Position numbers and translations under genes: made by a program. Below the pieces are notes generated by a model. The model ran no database searches. It saw only the letters and a list, made by a program, of their open reading frames with translations, and had not been told where the DNA came from. 64,000 nt of DNA from positions 10,540,001-10,604,000 of the forward strand of contig OZ024740.1 of NCBI GenBank assembly GCA_964016885.1, in the 5' to 3' direction. Shown here one piece after another: positions 1-14,874 of this stretch (position 1 is its first letter; each line of letters begins with the position of its first letter). Source of the stretch: Eledone cirrhosa. Its lineage: Eukaryota.

Positions 1-275
1 GTGGATTGGCAGTATCGGTAGAGGGTCGGACGCCATGCTAGGGTGGTGGATTGGCAGCATCGGTAGAGGGTCGGACGCCATGCTAGGGTGGTGGATTGGC
101 AGTATCGGTAGAGGGTCGGACGCCATGCTTTCCAGCATAGTTACGTCCCTTTACGGTCTGAGTTCAAATCCCGCCGAGGTTGACTTTGCCTTTCATCCTT
201 ATGGTGTCGATAAAATAGAGTACCAGTAATGTACTGGTTAATTGCTGGCCTTGTGCCTAAAGTAGAAACAAATAT
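1..275 (+). mobile_element. tRNA-derived SINE (family 1) whose 45-bp head is tandemly repeated (about 3 units visible, array runs off the window start)
   Basis: A-box-like TGGCAGTATCGGTAGAG, B-box GAGTTCAAATCCC, central CTTTGCCTTTCATCCTT..GTCGATAAAAT..GTACCAG shared with more than 10 other copies; unit GGTGGATTGGCAGTATCGGTAGAGGGTCGGACGCCATGCTAGGGT repeated at 1-130. Confidence 0.85.
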
Positions 276-378
276 TTTAGTTAAATGAAAATATAGAAGA
301 AAAATGGAGGAGAAATATAACAACTTTAATATATACATATATATGTATGTATGTGTGTATGTATGTATGTATATTATG

Positions 379-444
<66 letters not shown>

Positions 445-487
445 CATAATATACATACATACATACACACATACATACATATATATA

Positions 488-599
488 TGATGATGGCTGC
501 CCCCTCGTTATCGAGTATGGCCATTGCACGAGAAAGAAAAAAAAAAATAAATAAAATAAAATAAGATAATAATAATAATAAATAAATAAAAATAAAATT

Positions 600-630
<31 letters not shown>

Positions 631-635
631 CATAT

Positions 636-678
<43 letters not shown>

Positions 679-3600
679 TACATTAATAACAATAATAATA
701 ATAATAATAATAACAATAATAATAATAATAACGACAACAACAATAATAATATACATATACATATATATATACACACACACGCACACACATAAGCATATCT
801 ACACACACACACACACGCGATAGTAACTAACAGCGCTGCGATCGAATGTGGCTTTTTAGCCCAGTCTATGATCTAAAATGTCTTGCACAGAGTCGGCAAC
901 CAAAACATTTACTGGGAATAGTCGGCTGTGGTTGGAGTTCGTGTACTTTTGCATGTCGCTTGAGCCCTCCTGCTGATTTATATTCTCTACCACATGTTTG
1001 GCAAGCATGATGTGTAGCATCTCCAACAGCAGCCTGGTAGTCAACCACTGGTCTTACTTTATGACTGCGAAGATGACTTTCGAATCCAGCTTTGCTTAGG
1101 CAGAGTCTCGCACATACGCTGCATGTCAGCACCATAGGAGGACCCTCGCCGTCTGGAAGTACAACAGCAATGCCCTTCCTCACATCCCGCTTTACTTTCT
1201 CGTATGCGATTCGAGATGCCCCAAAGGCAACTTTTTCCTCATATACAGTCTTTCTCCATTTATTACGACCAGCAGCAATATTCTCCCATGTATCAGCAGA
1301 GATGTTAGCGTCTTTCAGAGAGGCTTTCAAGGAATCCTTATACCTCCTTTTTGGTTTATGTGGCGGTCGTTTTCCTTTAACCAACTCTCCATAAAAGAGT
1401 TGTTTTGGTATTCTATAATCCTTCATCCTGGCAAGGTGACCACTCCAACGGAGTCGTTGCTTAAGAACAAGAGCTTCTATACTGTCACACATAGAGCTTT
1501 CCAAAATCTCGACATCACTGATGTGCTCCCTCCAGTGAACGCCATGGATCCGTCTGAGACACATCTGATGGAAACGCTCCAATTGCTTAAGGTGGTGTCG
1601 ATATGTGACCCAGGTCTCGCAGGCATAAAGAAGACAAGAGAGCACACATGCCCTGTACACCTTTACCTTTGTCCTCCTGCATATGTCTCGCCGACCCCTG
1701 AGTCGCCTTTCTAGCTTTCCGAAAGCATCACTTGCTTTCCTAATCCTAAGTGAGATTTCACTGTCAAGGTTGCCGTATCGATTGACAGTGCTTCCCAGGT
1801 AGACAAACTGATCAACCACTCCAAGTCGTTTGCCATACACATAGATGTTTGGTTCAGTGTACTGCTTACCAGGGGCACGTTGGTACATGACGACGGTTTT
1901 CTTGAGACTGACAGTCAGACCTAGGGCAGTGCAAGCGTCAGAAAATGCATTCAAAATGTGCTGCATATCACTCTCTGTGTGCGCTACAAGATCGCAATCA
2001 TCTACATACAAGAGGTCTCTTATGATTGATGTATATACTTTTGCCTTTACAGCAAAGCGCCTGATGTTAAATATGCTGCCTGAGGTTCGATATCGGATGT
2101 AAACACCATGCTCGCAATTCCTGAATGCAATACAGAAAACCATTGCAAAGTATATGGCAAACAGGGTCGGTGCTGGAATATCCCCCTGTTTCACTCCATT
2201 TTTTATTGAGATAGGCTCCGACATGTTACCCCCGACATTAACCCAAGCCTTCATGTCGTCATGGAAAGACCTAACTAAAGCAAGGAACTTATCAGGGCAA
2301 CCAAGTTTCTGGAGAACCTTCCATAATGCATCTCTGTTAACAGTATCGAAAGCTTTTGTCAGATCGACAAAAACCTGATACAGATCCAAGCCTTGCTCCA
2401 TGCACTTCTCCTTGAGCTGTCTAGCTGAGAAGATCATATCAGTAGTGCCGCGTCCAACACGAAAACCAGATTGACTTTCAGGAAGAACACAATCTGCAAT
2501 GTGTGTCAGCAGACGGTCCAGAAGCACCCTACATAAAACTTTCTCTACGACAGAAAGCAATGATATACCTCTGTAGTTCCCACAATCGTTCCTGTTACCC
2601 TTTCTCTTGTACAGGACCACCATTACTGCATCTCTCCAGTCCTCAGGTACGGATTCATTAGCCCATATCCTGCCAAACAAAGAGTGAAGATGTTGCAGGA
2701 GTCTCTCACCACCATATTGTGGGAGCTCAGCATGTATGCCATCCATACCTGGAGATCTTCCACTGTTCAGCTTCGAAATAGCCACTGCAACCTCCACAAG
2801 CGTCGGAAGTTCTGCGAGAGCTACTTTCACAGGACTTTCTGGAATGAGATTGAGGAAATCTTCACTGACGACAGACGGCTGATTCAAAAGATCATCAAAG
2901 TGCTCTCGCCACCTTCGTAGAATTCCCTGTGAGTCACGAAGAAGTTCTTTGCCATCCTTGCTGCGAAGCGGTGTCACCAGAGAAGAAGACGGTCCATAAA
3001 CCTCACGCAAGAGACTGTACAACAGCTTTGTGTTATTGGAATCAGACGCAGTTTGTATCTCACCAGCCTTCTCACTCCACCACTGATCCTTCATCTGAGA
3101 AAGCCTCCGCCTAACACGTGATTTTACATCCCTGAATTCCTCATGCAGCGTATTCCTCTCCTGTGGTTTTGCCGTCAAGTAGCGTGACAGAGCATGCCTC
3201 TTATCAGCCAACAAGTCTTCTATATGTACATCATTCTCATCAAACCAGTCCTGATGTTTCTTCTGCGCCAATCCCAGAACACGCCTGCCTACATCATAAA
3301 CCGACTTTTTAAGGGTCGGCCAATCCTCACCAAGATCTGCAGCCTGCATCTCTTCTTCCAATGTCCTCTTCACATTTTTATCCTTAAGACGAGCAGCATT
3401 CAATCTTTTGGGCAGGGCAACACCAGGAGCCCGGATTTTACGTTTAGTGATTAGTTTCACTTTTGCGCGTACCAGGCGGTGGTCCGTCCAGCACTCAGCT
3501 CCACGAAGAACACGAACACACTGCACATCTTGTCTGTCACGCATCCTGACTAAGACGTAGTCCAAAAGATGCCATTCCTTAGATGCAGGATGCATCCATG

Positions 3601-4295
3601 TGGTCTTGAATTTGTTCTTTTGTTGGAACATGGTGTTGGTAACACAGATCCAGCTCCTCACACATCTGCAGCAGGAGCATACCATTGCTGTTACACTTTC
3701 CCACCCCATGCCTTCCGATTACATTCCATGTGTTAAAATCCCTACCCACTCTAGCATTAAAGTCACCAAGCACGATGACTTTGTCTGCCTGAGGGATATT
3801 TCTTAAAACACCTTTCAAGGCATGGTAAAAGGACACCTTTTCCTCATCGACAGAACTCATAGTTGGAGCATACACACTCACCAGGGTAGCATATCTTCCC
3901 TTGTCCAGCGGAACTCTCATGGACATAAGACGCTCACTAATCCCTACTGGGAATTCTTCTAATTTGTTCACAAGTACAGTCTTAACAGCAAATCCTACCC
4001 CAGCCTCTCTTCTGGTTCCATCATCTCTTCCTTCCAGAAGAATGTATATTCTCCACAAAATTCCGTAAGATGACCATCTCCAGCTAGCCTCGTCTCAGAT
4101 AAAGCCACAATGTCAAGATCGTAACGTCGAAGCTCCTTTGCAACAAGAGCGGTCCTTCGTTCAGGACGCCCCAAGGAATCCCTGTCAAGCAGCGTCCGTA
4201 CGTTCCAACAGCCAAGACTAAATGCCTTGTTTGGCTCTATTACAATGGCACGATGACGAGCGGGACCAGGCTGTGATAAACTGGGGCCCCTGCCC
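488..4295 (-). mobile_element. RTE-clade non-LTR retrotransposon, near full length, inactivated
   Basis: APE motifs (GCWNVRTL, ALSETR, VYAPT, GDFNARVG, LLDYVL, TDH), RT motifs (YRGISLL, FVDLTKAFD, GVKQG, LLYVDD, YLGS), C-terminal C2H2 fingers; RTE-like 3' terminus with short (CAT)n tail at ~488-531, separated from the ORF by a microsatellite-rich UTR. Confidence 0.92.
827..4270 (-). pseudogene. RTE polyprotein (APE endonuclease - reverse transcriptase - three C2H2 zinc fingers), two frameshifts and a premature stop
   Basis: ORFs 3995-4369, 3579-4058 and 866-3709 join into one protein across frameshifts near ~4035 and ~3650; reading past the TAG at 866-868 continues the third finger (HFRS*TGLKSHIRS) to a stop at 827-829. 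Confidence 0.88.
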
Positions 4296-4410
4296 TTATT
4301 GCCAATGATCTTTTTTGTTCCAGAACCTAAATTGCCAATTATCTCTTTTATATTGTTCTGGAACATCATTGAATTGGAAAAAAAAAAAAAAAAAAGTAAT
4401 AATAATAATA

Positions 4411-4456
<46 letters not shown>

Positions 4457-5406
4457 GTGACCTATAGTAAGGAGCCAATGCTCAGAGCTGTACTGAAGGA
4501 GGGGACAGTAGGCCAGGGGATACCCAAGGAGGAAATAACATCAAGGAGGAAGAGCAGCCTTAAGGGAAAATCCCTTCATAGTACCTTCTTTGAGAAAACT
4601 GAATTTAGAGATCCACAGACATGGAACTGGTTGAGAAGAGGAGACCTCAAAAAGGCTACAGAAGGAATGCTAATGGCTGCGCAGGAGCAGGCCCTCAAAA
4701 CGAAGTGGTTGAAGCACCATATCTACAAGGAGGAGGCTAGCCCACTGTGCAGGATCTGTGGAGAGAGAGAGGAGACTGTGGCTCACATTGTGTCCGAGTG
4801 TAAACACCTAGCCCAGACCCACTATAAGGGCTGGAGACACGATGTGATGGGCAGGGTGATCCACTGGCACCTGTGCAAAGTAAACAATCTACCACATTCT
4901 GAGAAATGGTATGAGCATAGGCCAGAGGCGGTGATGGAGAACAGTCAGGTGAAGGTGCTGTGGGATTTTAGGATACAGACGGACAAAAAACTGGAACACA
5001 ATAGACCTGACCTGGTGGTTGTGGACAAAGAAAAAAGATCGTGCCTGATTGTGGATGTGGCCTGCCCGTTCGACACGAGAGTGCAAGAGAAGGAGAGGGA
5101 GAAAATTAACCAATACCAGGACCTAAAGTGGGAGGTGAAAAGGATTTGGAACTGCCATGAAGTCAAAGTGATCCCGATTGTCATAGGCGCACTGGGGACT
5201 ATCTCCAAAGGTTTCCAGGGATGGTTAAAGAAAATCGGCCCCTTCACGCTTTTTGGAACGCTTCAAAAGGCATGCTTGCTTGGAACGGCAAGAACCCTCC
5301 GATACGTCCTGAATATCTGAGGCTGCAGGTAGTGGCTTGATATTCAATCCAACGGACTTTCCAGTTAACCAACATCAATGACTGAGATTCAAGGAATAAC
5401 AATAAC

Positions 5407-5440
<34 letters not shown>
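4457..5440 (+). mobile_element. 5'-truncated R4/Dong-like non-LTR retrotransposon (CCHC knuckle + restriction-like endonuclease) in a (TAA)n tract
   Basis: ORF 4457-5320 with CRICGEREETVAHIVSEC, RHD and RPDLVVVD..IVDVACP..KEREKINQY (PD-(D/E)xK) motifs; short 3' UTR; (TAA)n on both sides (4397-4455, 5395-5440). Confidence 0.88.
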
Positions 5441-5599
5441 GTACACTATTAATAATTATTAATGCACTCGTGCAATGCCTGTGCGTGACGAATATTTTTA
5501 AAGTGAGGAAAGACTATGCACTGAGCCAATCCCACTCTCTGAGCGACAGTAGCTATAACCCGAAAAGAAGAAAAGATCAACATCATCGGTAACTACTGA

Positions 5600-5770
5600 G
5601 CCGCAGGTTTTATGTCGGAGTTAACCCAGTTTCCTGAGATGCCTTCTCCTAGAAGAATGCCCTGACAAGGGCTAGGGGTTCTTCACTCCCAGTGGTTTAA
5701 CTGCGCGATCGGGCATCCAGCCCGATTATTTCTATGTCCCCGGGCAAAAAAAAAAAAAAAAAAAAAAATC
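5600..5770. mobile_element. Possible retroelement fragment next to a poly(A) run
   Basis: GC-richer segment CCTTCTCCTAGAAGAATGCCCTGACAAGGGCTAG recalls reverse-strand RTE 5' UTR sequence; followed by an A-run at 5746-5768. No ORF support. Confidence 0.3.
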
Positions 5771-5865
5771 ACTTATAGACACTTATACGTACGACATACA
5801 CACACGCGCATACATATGCGCGCGCACAGCAACACTCATACATACAAACAAACACACACACACTT

Positions 5866-5899
<34 letters not shown>

Positions 5900-6002
5900 T
5901 ACCGTCATTACTGATACAAGATTACAAGATTATGTCAACTGTTGACTTTCAAGAGTTTGTATAGTTGAAGCCGATCGTACTACAGTCCAGTATTATTATA
6001 AT

Positions 6003-6158
6003 TGCTTTACAGCATAGAGTCACGGCCCTCCACGCTCTGAGCTTAAATCCCGCCGAGGTCAACCTTGCCTTTCATCCCCACGGAGTCAACAAAAGAGAGT
6101 ACCAGTGATGCGCTGGGTCAGTCGCTGGATCCGTGCCAAAAGCAGAAAAATTATTATT
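6003..6158 (+). mobile_element. SINE family 1, head-truncated and diverged
   Basis: GCATAGAGTCACGGCCC..AAATCCCGCCGAGGTCAACCTTGCCTTTCATC..GTACCAG, (TTA)n tail. Confidence 0.75.
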
Positions 6159-6359
6159 AAAGTTGTTTTCTTAAGGCCCGGTCGCTGGTGATGGTGATGG
6201 CGGCGGCGGTAGTGGTGGTGGCGGTGGTGGTGGTGGTGGCAGTTGATGTTGTTGTGTTGTGTGCGTGTGTGTTTTGTTATTTTGTGTTGTTTTTTTATCT
6301 TTTGATGCCGCTGTTATTGTTGTTGTTGTAAATGTTCATTTCAGTTCATTCTGAATAAA

Positions 6360-6392
6360 TATATATATGTATATATGTACATACATATATAT

Positions 6393-6435
<43 letters not shown>

Positions 6436-6740
6436 CATATATACATATACATATATATACATATATATATATACACATACATATATACACATACATATAT
6501 ATATATATATACACATACATATATACACATACATATATATATATACACATATATATATACCCATGCATATATATATATACACATATATATATACCCATAC
6601 ATATATATATATACACATACATATATGTATATATATATATGTATATACATGCATATATACACATACATATATATACACATACATATATACACACATATAT
6701 ATATACACACATATATATATATATATACACATACATATAT

Positions 6741-6787
<47 letters not shown>

Positions 6788-6804
6788 TACACACATATAT
6801 ATAT

Positions 6805-6855
<51 letters not shown>

Positions 6856-6976
6856 CATATATACACACATATATATATAATAACTTTAATACAGTAATTA
6901 GATTGGTAACACACACAGAAACAGACACACACACACACACAGACAGACACACATACATACAAACACATACACACAC

Positions 6977-7007
<31 letters not shown>

Positions 7008-7055
7008 AAGAGATTGGTAGATAGATAGGGAGATAGATTAGCAGGGATATATTTA

Positions 7056-7096
<41 letters not shown>

Positions 7097-7123
7097 TGAT
7101 TGTGTTGTTATTTCTGTTTACCC

Positions 7124-7183
<60 letters not shown>

Positions 7184-7196
7184 ATATATATATATA

Positions 7197-7267
<71 letters not shown>

Positions 7268-7410
7268 ATATATATATATACGATATAATATATATATATA
7301 ATATATATATGAACATATAAAATATATATATATATATATATTGACAAACGTGCCTAGGCACACACATAAATGTATAGACACACTCAAGGCCACACACACA
7401 CACACACATA
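6360..7410. repeat. Compound (TA)n/(CA)n/(TACA)n microsatellite field
   Basis: Directly visible dinucleotide tracts; the source of spurious YI/YV-rich ORFs. Confidence 0.95.
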
Positions 7411-7589
7411 TATATGCAGCAGTAGTTAATAATCAATAATCGATCTATTGTATCACATACAAAGAACTATGACAAAACAAATCACCATGTATAAAAACAA
7501 AACTATTTAATGAAATTAAAAAATATATCGATACACAATGATCGAAGTCTGCGGAATGTCATTGCAAAATCAATAACAATCGTAAGAGT

Positions 7590-10500
7590 AACAACAACAA
7601 CAACTAATAATGATAATAGTAATAATATTGATAACAACAATAACAACAATGATAATAGTAATAATATTGATAACAACAACAACAATGATAATAGTAATAA
7701 TATTGATAACAACAACAACAACAACAACAAAGATAATAGTAATAATATTGATAACAACAACAACAATAATGATAATAGTAATAATATTGATAACAACAAC
7801 AACAATGATAATAGTAATAATATTGATAACAACAACAACAACAAAAACAAAGATAATAGTAATAATATTGATAACAACAACAATAACAAACATAATAGTA
7901 ATAATATTAATAACAACAACAACAACAAAGATAATAGTAATAATATTGATAACAACAACAACAACAATGATAATAGTAATAATATTGATAACAACAACAA
8001 CAACAATGATAATAGTAATAATATTGATAACAACAACAACAACAAAGATAATAGTAATAATATTGATAACAACAACAACAACAATGATAATAGTAATAAT
8101 ATTGATAACAACAACAACAATGATAATAGTAATAATATTGATAACAACAACAACAATAACAAAGATAATAGTAATAATATTGATAACAACAACAACAACA
8201 ACAATGATAATAGTAATAATATTGATAACAACAACAACAACAAAGATAATAGTAATAATATTGATAACAACAACAATAACAAAGATAAAAGTAATAATAT
8301 TGATAACAACAACAACAACAACAATGATAATAGTAATAATATTGATAACAACAACAACAACAAAGATAATAGTAATAATATTGATAACAACAACAACAAC
8401 AATGATAATAGTAATAATATTGATAACAACAACAAAGATAATAGTAATAATATTGATAACAACAACAACAACAACAACAAAGATAATAGTAATAATATTG
8501 ATAACAACAACAACAATAACAAAGATAATAGTAATAATATTGATAACAACAATAACAACAAAGATAATAGTAATAATATTGATAACAACAACAACAACAA
8601 TGATAATAGTAATAATATTGATAACAACAACAACAAAGATAATAGTAATAATATTGATAACAACAACAACAAAGATAATAGTAATAATATTGATAACAAC
8701 AACAACAACAAAGATAATAGTAGTATTATTGATAACAACAACAACAACAACAATGATAATAGTAATAATATTGATAACAACAACAACAATAACAAAGATA
8801 ATAGTAATAATATTGATAACAACAACAACAACAATGATAATAGTAATCATATTGATAACAACAACAACAACTAAGATAATAGTAATAATAATGATAACAA
8901 CAACAACAACAACAAAGATAATAGTAATAATATTGATAACAACAACAACAGCAATGATAATAGTAATCATATTGATAACAACAACAACAACAATGATAAT
9001 AGTAATAATATTGATAACAACAACAACAACAATGATAATAGTAATAATATTGATAACAACAACAACAACAATGATAATAGTAATAATATTGATAACAACA
9101 ACAACAACAATGATAATAGTAATAATATTGATAACAACAACAACAATGATAATAGTAATAATATTGATAACAACAACAACAACAATAAAGATAATAGTAA
9201 TAATATTGATGACAACAACAACAACAAAGATAATAGTAATAATATTGATAACAACAACAACAACAAAGATAATAGTAATAATATTGATAACAACAACAAC
9301 AATGATAATAGTAATAATATTGATAACAACAACAACAACAATAAAGATAATAGTAATAATATTGATGACAACAACAACAACAAAGATAATAGTAATAATA
9401 TTGATAACAACGACAACAACAAAGATAATAGTAATAATATTGATAACAACAACAACAACAAAGATAATAGTAATAATATTGATAACAACAACAACAACGA
9501 TGATAATAGTAATAATATTCATAACAACAACAACAACAACAATGATAATAGTAATAATATTGATAACAACAACAACAATGATAATAGTAATAATATTGAT
9601 AACAACAACAACAAAGATAATAGTAATAATATTGATAACAACAACAACAACAAAGATAATAGTAATAATATTGATAACAACAACAACAACAATAATGATA
9701 ATAGAAATAATATTGATAACAAAAACAACAACAAAGATAATAGTAATAATATTGATAACAAAAACAATAACAAAGATAATAGTAATAATATTGATAACAA
9801 CAACAACAACAAAGATAATAGTAATAATATTGATAAGAACAACAACAACAATAATGATAATAGTAATAATATTGATAACAACAACAACAACAAAGATAAT
9901 AGTAATAATATTGATAACAACAACAACAATGATAATAGTAATAATGTTGATAACAACAACAACAAAGATAATAGTAACAATATTGATAACAACAACAACA
10001 ACAACAATGATAATAGTAATAATGTTGATAACAACAACAACAACAATGATAATAGTAATAATATTGATAACAACAACAACAATAACAAAGATAATAGTAA
10101 TAATATTGATAACAACAACAACAACAACAAAGATAATAGTAATAATATTGATAACAACAACAACAATAACAAAGATAATAGTAATAATATTGATAACAAC
10201 AACAATAACAAAGATAATAGTAATAATATTGATAACAACAACAATAACAAACATAATAGTAATAATATTAATAACAACAACAACAAAGATAATAGTAATA
10301 ATATTGATAACAACAACAACAACAATGATAATAGTAATAATATTGATAACAACAACGATAACAAAGATAATAGTAATAATATTGATAACAACAACAACAA
10401 CAAAGATAATAGTAATAATATTGATAACAACAACAACAACAGCAATGATAATAGTAATAATATTGATAACAACAACAACAAAGATAATAGTAATAATATT

Positions 10501-13500
10501 GATAACAACAACAACAACAACAATGATAATAGTAATAATATCAACAACAACAACAACAATGATAATAGTAATAATATTGATAACAACAACAACAATAACA
10601 AAGATAATAGTAATAATATTGATAACAACAACAACAACAACAATGATAATAGTAATAATATTGATAACAACAACAACAACAAAGATAATAGTAATAATAT
10701 TGATAACAACAACAATAACAAAGATAAAAGTAATAATATTGATAACAACAACAACAACAACAATGATAATAGTAATAATATTGATAACAACAACAACAAC
10801 AAAGATAATAGTAATAATATTGATAACAACAACAACAACAATGATAATAGTAATAATATTGATAACAACAACAACAAAGATAATAGTAATAATATTGATA
10901 ACAACAACAACAACAACAATGATAATAGTAATAATATTAATAACAACAACAACAACAACAATGATAATAGTAATAATATTGATAACAACAACAACAACAA
11001 AGATAATAGTAATAATATTGATAACAACAACAACAACAAAGATAATAGTAATAATATTGATAACAACAATAACAACAAAGATAATAGTAATAATATTGAT
11101 AACAACAACAACAACAAAGATAATAGTAATAATATTGATAACAACAACAACAACAAAGATAATAGTAATAATATTGATAACAACAACAACAACAAAGATA
11201 ATAGTAGTAATATTGATAACAACAACAACAACAACAATGATAATAGTAATAATATTGATATCAACAACAACAATAACAAAGATAATAGTAATAATATTGA
11301 TAACAACAACAACAACAACAAAGATAATAGTAATAATATTGATAACAACAACAACAATAACAAAGATAATAGTAATAATATTGATAACAACAACAACAAC
11401 AACAATGATAATAGTAATAATATTGATAACAACAACAACAACAACAATGATAATAGTAATAATATTGATAACAACAACAACAACAATGATAATAGTAATA
11501 ATATTGATAACAACAACAATAACAAAGATAATAGTAATAATATTGATAACAACAACAACAACAATGATAATAGTAATAATATTAATAACAACAACAACAA
11601 CAATGATAATAGTAATAATATTGATAACAACAACAACAACAATGATAATAGTAATAATATTGATAACAACAACAATAAAGATAATAGTAATAATATTGAT
11701 GACAACAACAACAACAAAGATAATAGTAATAATATTGATAACAACAACAACAACAATGATAATAGTAATAATATTGATAACAACAACAACAACAAAGATA
11801 ATAGTAATAATATTGATAACAACAACAACAACAACAATGATAATAGTAATAATATTGATAACAACAACAACAATGATAATAGTAATAATATTGATAACAA
11901 CAACAACAATAACAAAGATAATAGTAATAATATTGATAACAACAACAACAACAACAATGATAATAGTAATAATATTGATAACAACAACAACAAAGAGAAT
12001 AGTAATAATATTGATAACAACAACAACAACAAAGATAATAGTAATAATATTGATAACAACAATAACAACAAAGATAATAGTAATAATATTGATAACAACA
12101 ACAACAACAAAGATAGTAGTAATAATATTGATAACAACAACAACAACAAAGATAATAGTAATAATATTGATAACAACAACAACAACAACAATGATAATAG
12201 TAATAATATTGATAACAACAACAACAACAACAATGATAATAGTAATAATATTGATAACAACAACAACAACAACAATGATAATAGTAATAATATTGATAAC
12301 AACAACAACAATGATAATAGTAATAATATTGATAACAACAACAACAACAACAATGATAATAGTAATAATATTGATAACAAGAACAACAACAACAAAGATA
12401 ATAGTAATAATATTGATAACAAGAACAACAACAACAATGATAATAGTAATAATATTGATAACAACAACAACAACAACAATGATAATAGTAATAATATTGA
12501 TAACAACAACAACAACAACAATGATAATAGTAATAATATTGATAACAAGAACAACAACAACAAAGATAATAGTAATAATATTGATAACAAGAACAACAAC
12601 AACAATGATAATAGTAATAATATTGATAACAACAACAACAACAACAAAGATAATAGTAATAATATTGATAACAACGACAACAACAAAGATAATAGTAATA
12701 ATATTGATAACAACAACAACAAAAACAAAGAAAATAGTAATAATATTGATAACAACAACAACAACAACAATGATAATAGTAATTATATTGATAACAACAA
12801 CAACAACAACAATGATAATAGTAATAATATTGATAACAACAACAACAACAATGATAATAGTAATAATATTGATAACAACAACAACAACAACAATGATAAT
12901 AGTAATAATATTGATAACAACAACAACAACAATGATAATAGTAATAATATTGATAACAACAACAACAACAACAATGATAATAGTAATAATATTGATAACA
13001 ACAACAACAACAACAAAGATAATAGTAATGATATTGATAACAACAACAACAACAATGATAATAGTAATAATATTGATAACAACAACAGCAACAACAAAGA
13101 TAATAGTAATAATATTGATAACAACAACAACAATGATAATATTAATAATTTTGATAACAACAACAACAACAATGATAATAGTAATAATATTGATAACAAC
13201 AACAACAACAAAGATAATAGTAATAATATTTATAACAACAACAACAACAAAGATAATAGTAATAATATTGATAACAACAACAACAACAACAATGATAATA
13301 GTAATAATATTGATAACAACAACAACAACAAAGATAATAGTAATAATATTGATAACAACAACAACAACAACAATGATAATAGTAATAATATTGATAACAA
13401 CAACAACAACAAAGATAATAGTAATATTGATAACAACAACAACAACAACAAAGATAATAGTAATAATATTGATAACAACAACAACAACAAAGATAATAGT

Positions 13501-14830
13501 AGTAATATTAATAACAACAACAACAACAACAATGATAATAGTAATAATATTGATAACAACAACAACAATAACAAAGATAATAGTAATAATATTGATAACA
13601 ACAATAACAACAAAGATAATAGTAATAATATTGATAACAACAACAACAACAAAGATAATAGTAATAATATTGATAACAACAACAACAACAAAGATAATAG
13701 TAATAATATTGATAACAACAACAACAACAAAGATAATAGTAGTATTATTGATAACAACAACAACAACAACAATGATAATAGTAATAATATTGATAACAAC
13801 AACAACAACAACAACAAAGATAATAGTAATAATATTGATAACAACAACAACAATAACAAAGATAATAGTAATAATATTGATAACAACAACAATAACAAAG
13901 ATAATAGTAATAATATTGATAACAACAACAACAACAACAATGATAATAGTAATAATATTGATAACAACAACAACAATAACAAAGATAATAGTAATACTAT
14001 TAATAACAACAACAACAACAATGATAATAGTTATAATATTGATAACAACAACAATAACAAAGATAATAGTAATAATATTGATAACAACAACAATAACAAA
14101 CATAATAGTAATAATATTAATAACAACAACAACAACAAAGATAATAGTAATAATATTGATAACAACAACAACAACAACAACAATGATAATAGTAATAATA
14201 TTGATAACAACAACAATAACAAACATAATAGTAATAATATTGATAACAACAACAACAACAAAGATAATAGTAATAATATTGATAACAACAACAACAACAA
14301 AGATAATAGTAATAATATTGATAACAACAACAACAACAACAATGATAATAGTAATAATATTGATAACAACAACAACAACAAAGATAATAGTAATAATATT
14401 GATAACAACAACAACAACAAAGATAATAGTAATAATATTGATAACAACAACAACAACAAAGATAATAGTAATAATATTGATAACAACAACAACAACAACA
14501 AAGATAATAGTAATAATATTGATAACAACAACAACAACAAAGATAATAGTAATAATATTGATAACAACAACAACAACAATGATAATAGTAATAATATTGA
14601 TAACAACAACAACAACAACAAAGATAATAGTAATAATATTGATAACAACAACAACAACAAAGATAATAGTAATAATATTGATAACAACAACAACAACAAC
14701 AAAGATAATAGTAATAATATTGATAACAACAACAACAACAACAAAGATAATAGTAATAATATTGATAACAACAACAACAAGAAAGATAATAGTAATAATA
14801 TTGATAACAACAATAATAATAATTATAACA
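7590..14830. repeat. Tandem array A: GATAATAGTAATAATATT-GATAAC(AAC)n-AA[A/T], unit ~36-48 bp varying in 3-bp steps
   Basis: Conserved core repeated over ~7.2 kb with a variable AAC tract. Confidence 0.97.
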
Positions 14831-14874
14831 ACAACGACAATAATAGTTGTTTCATTTATTGGCCACAAGGGGCG

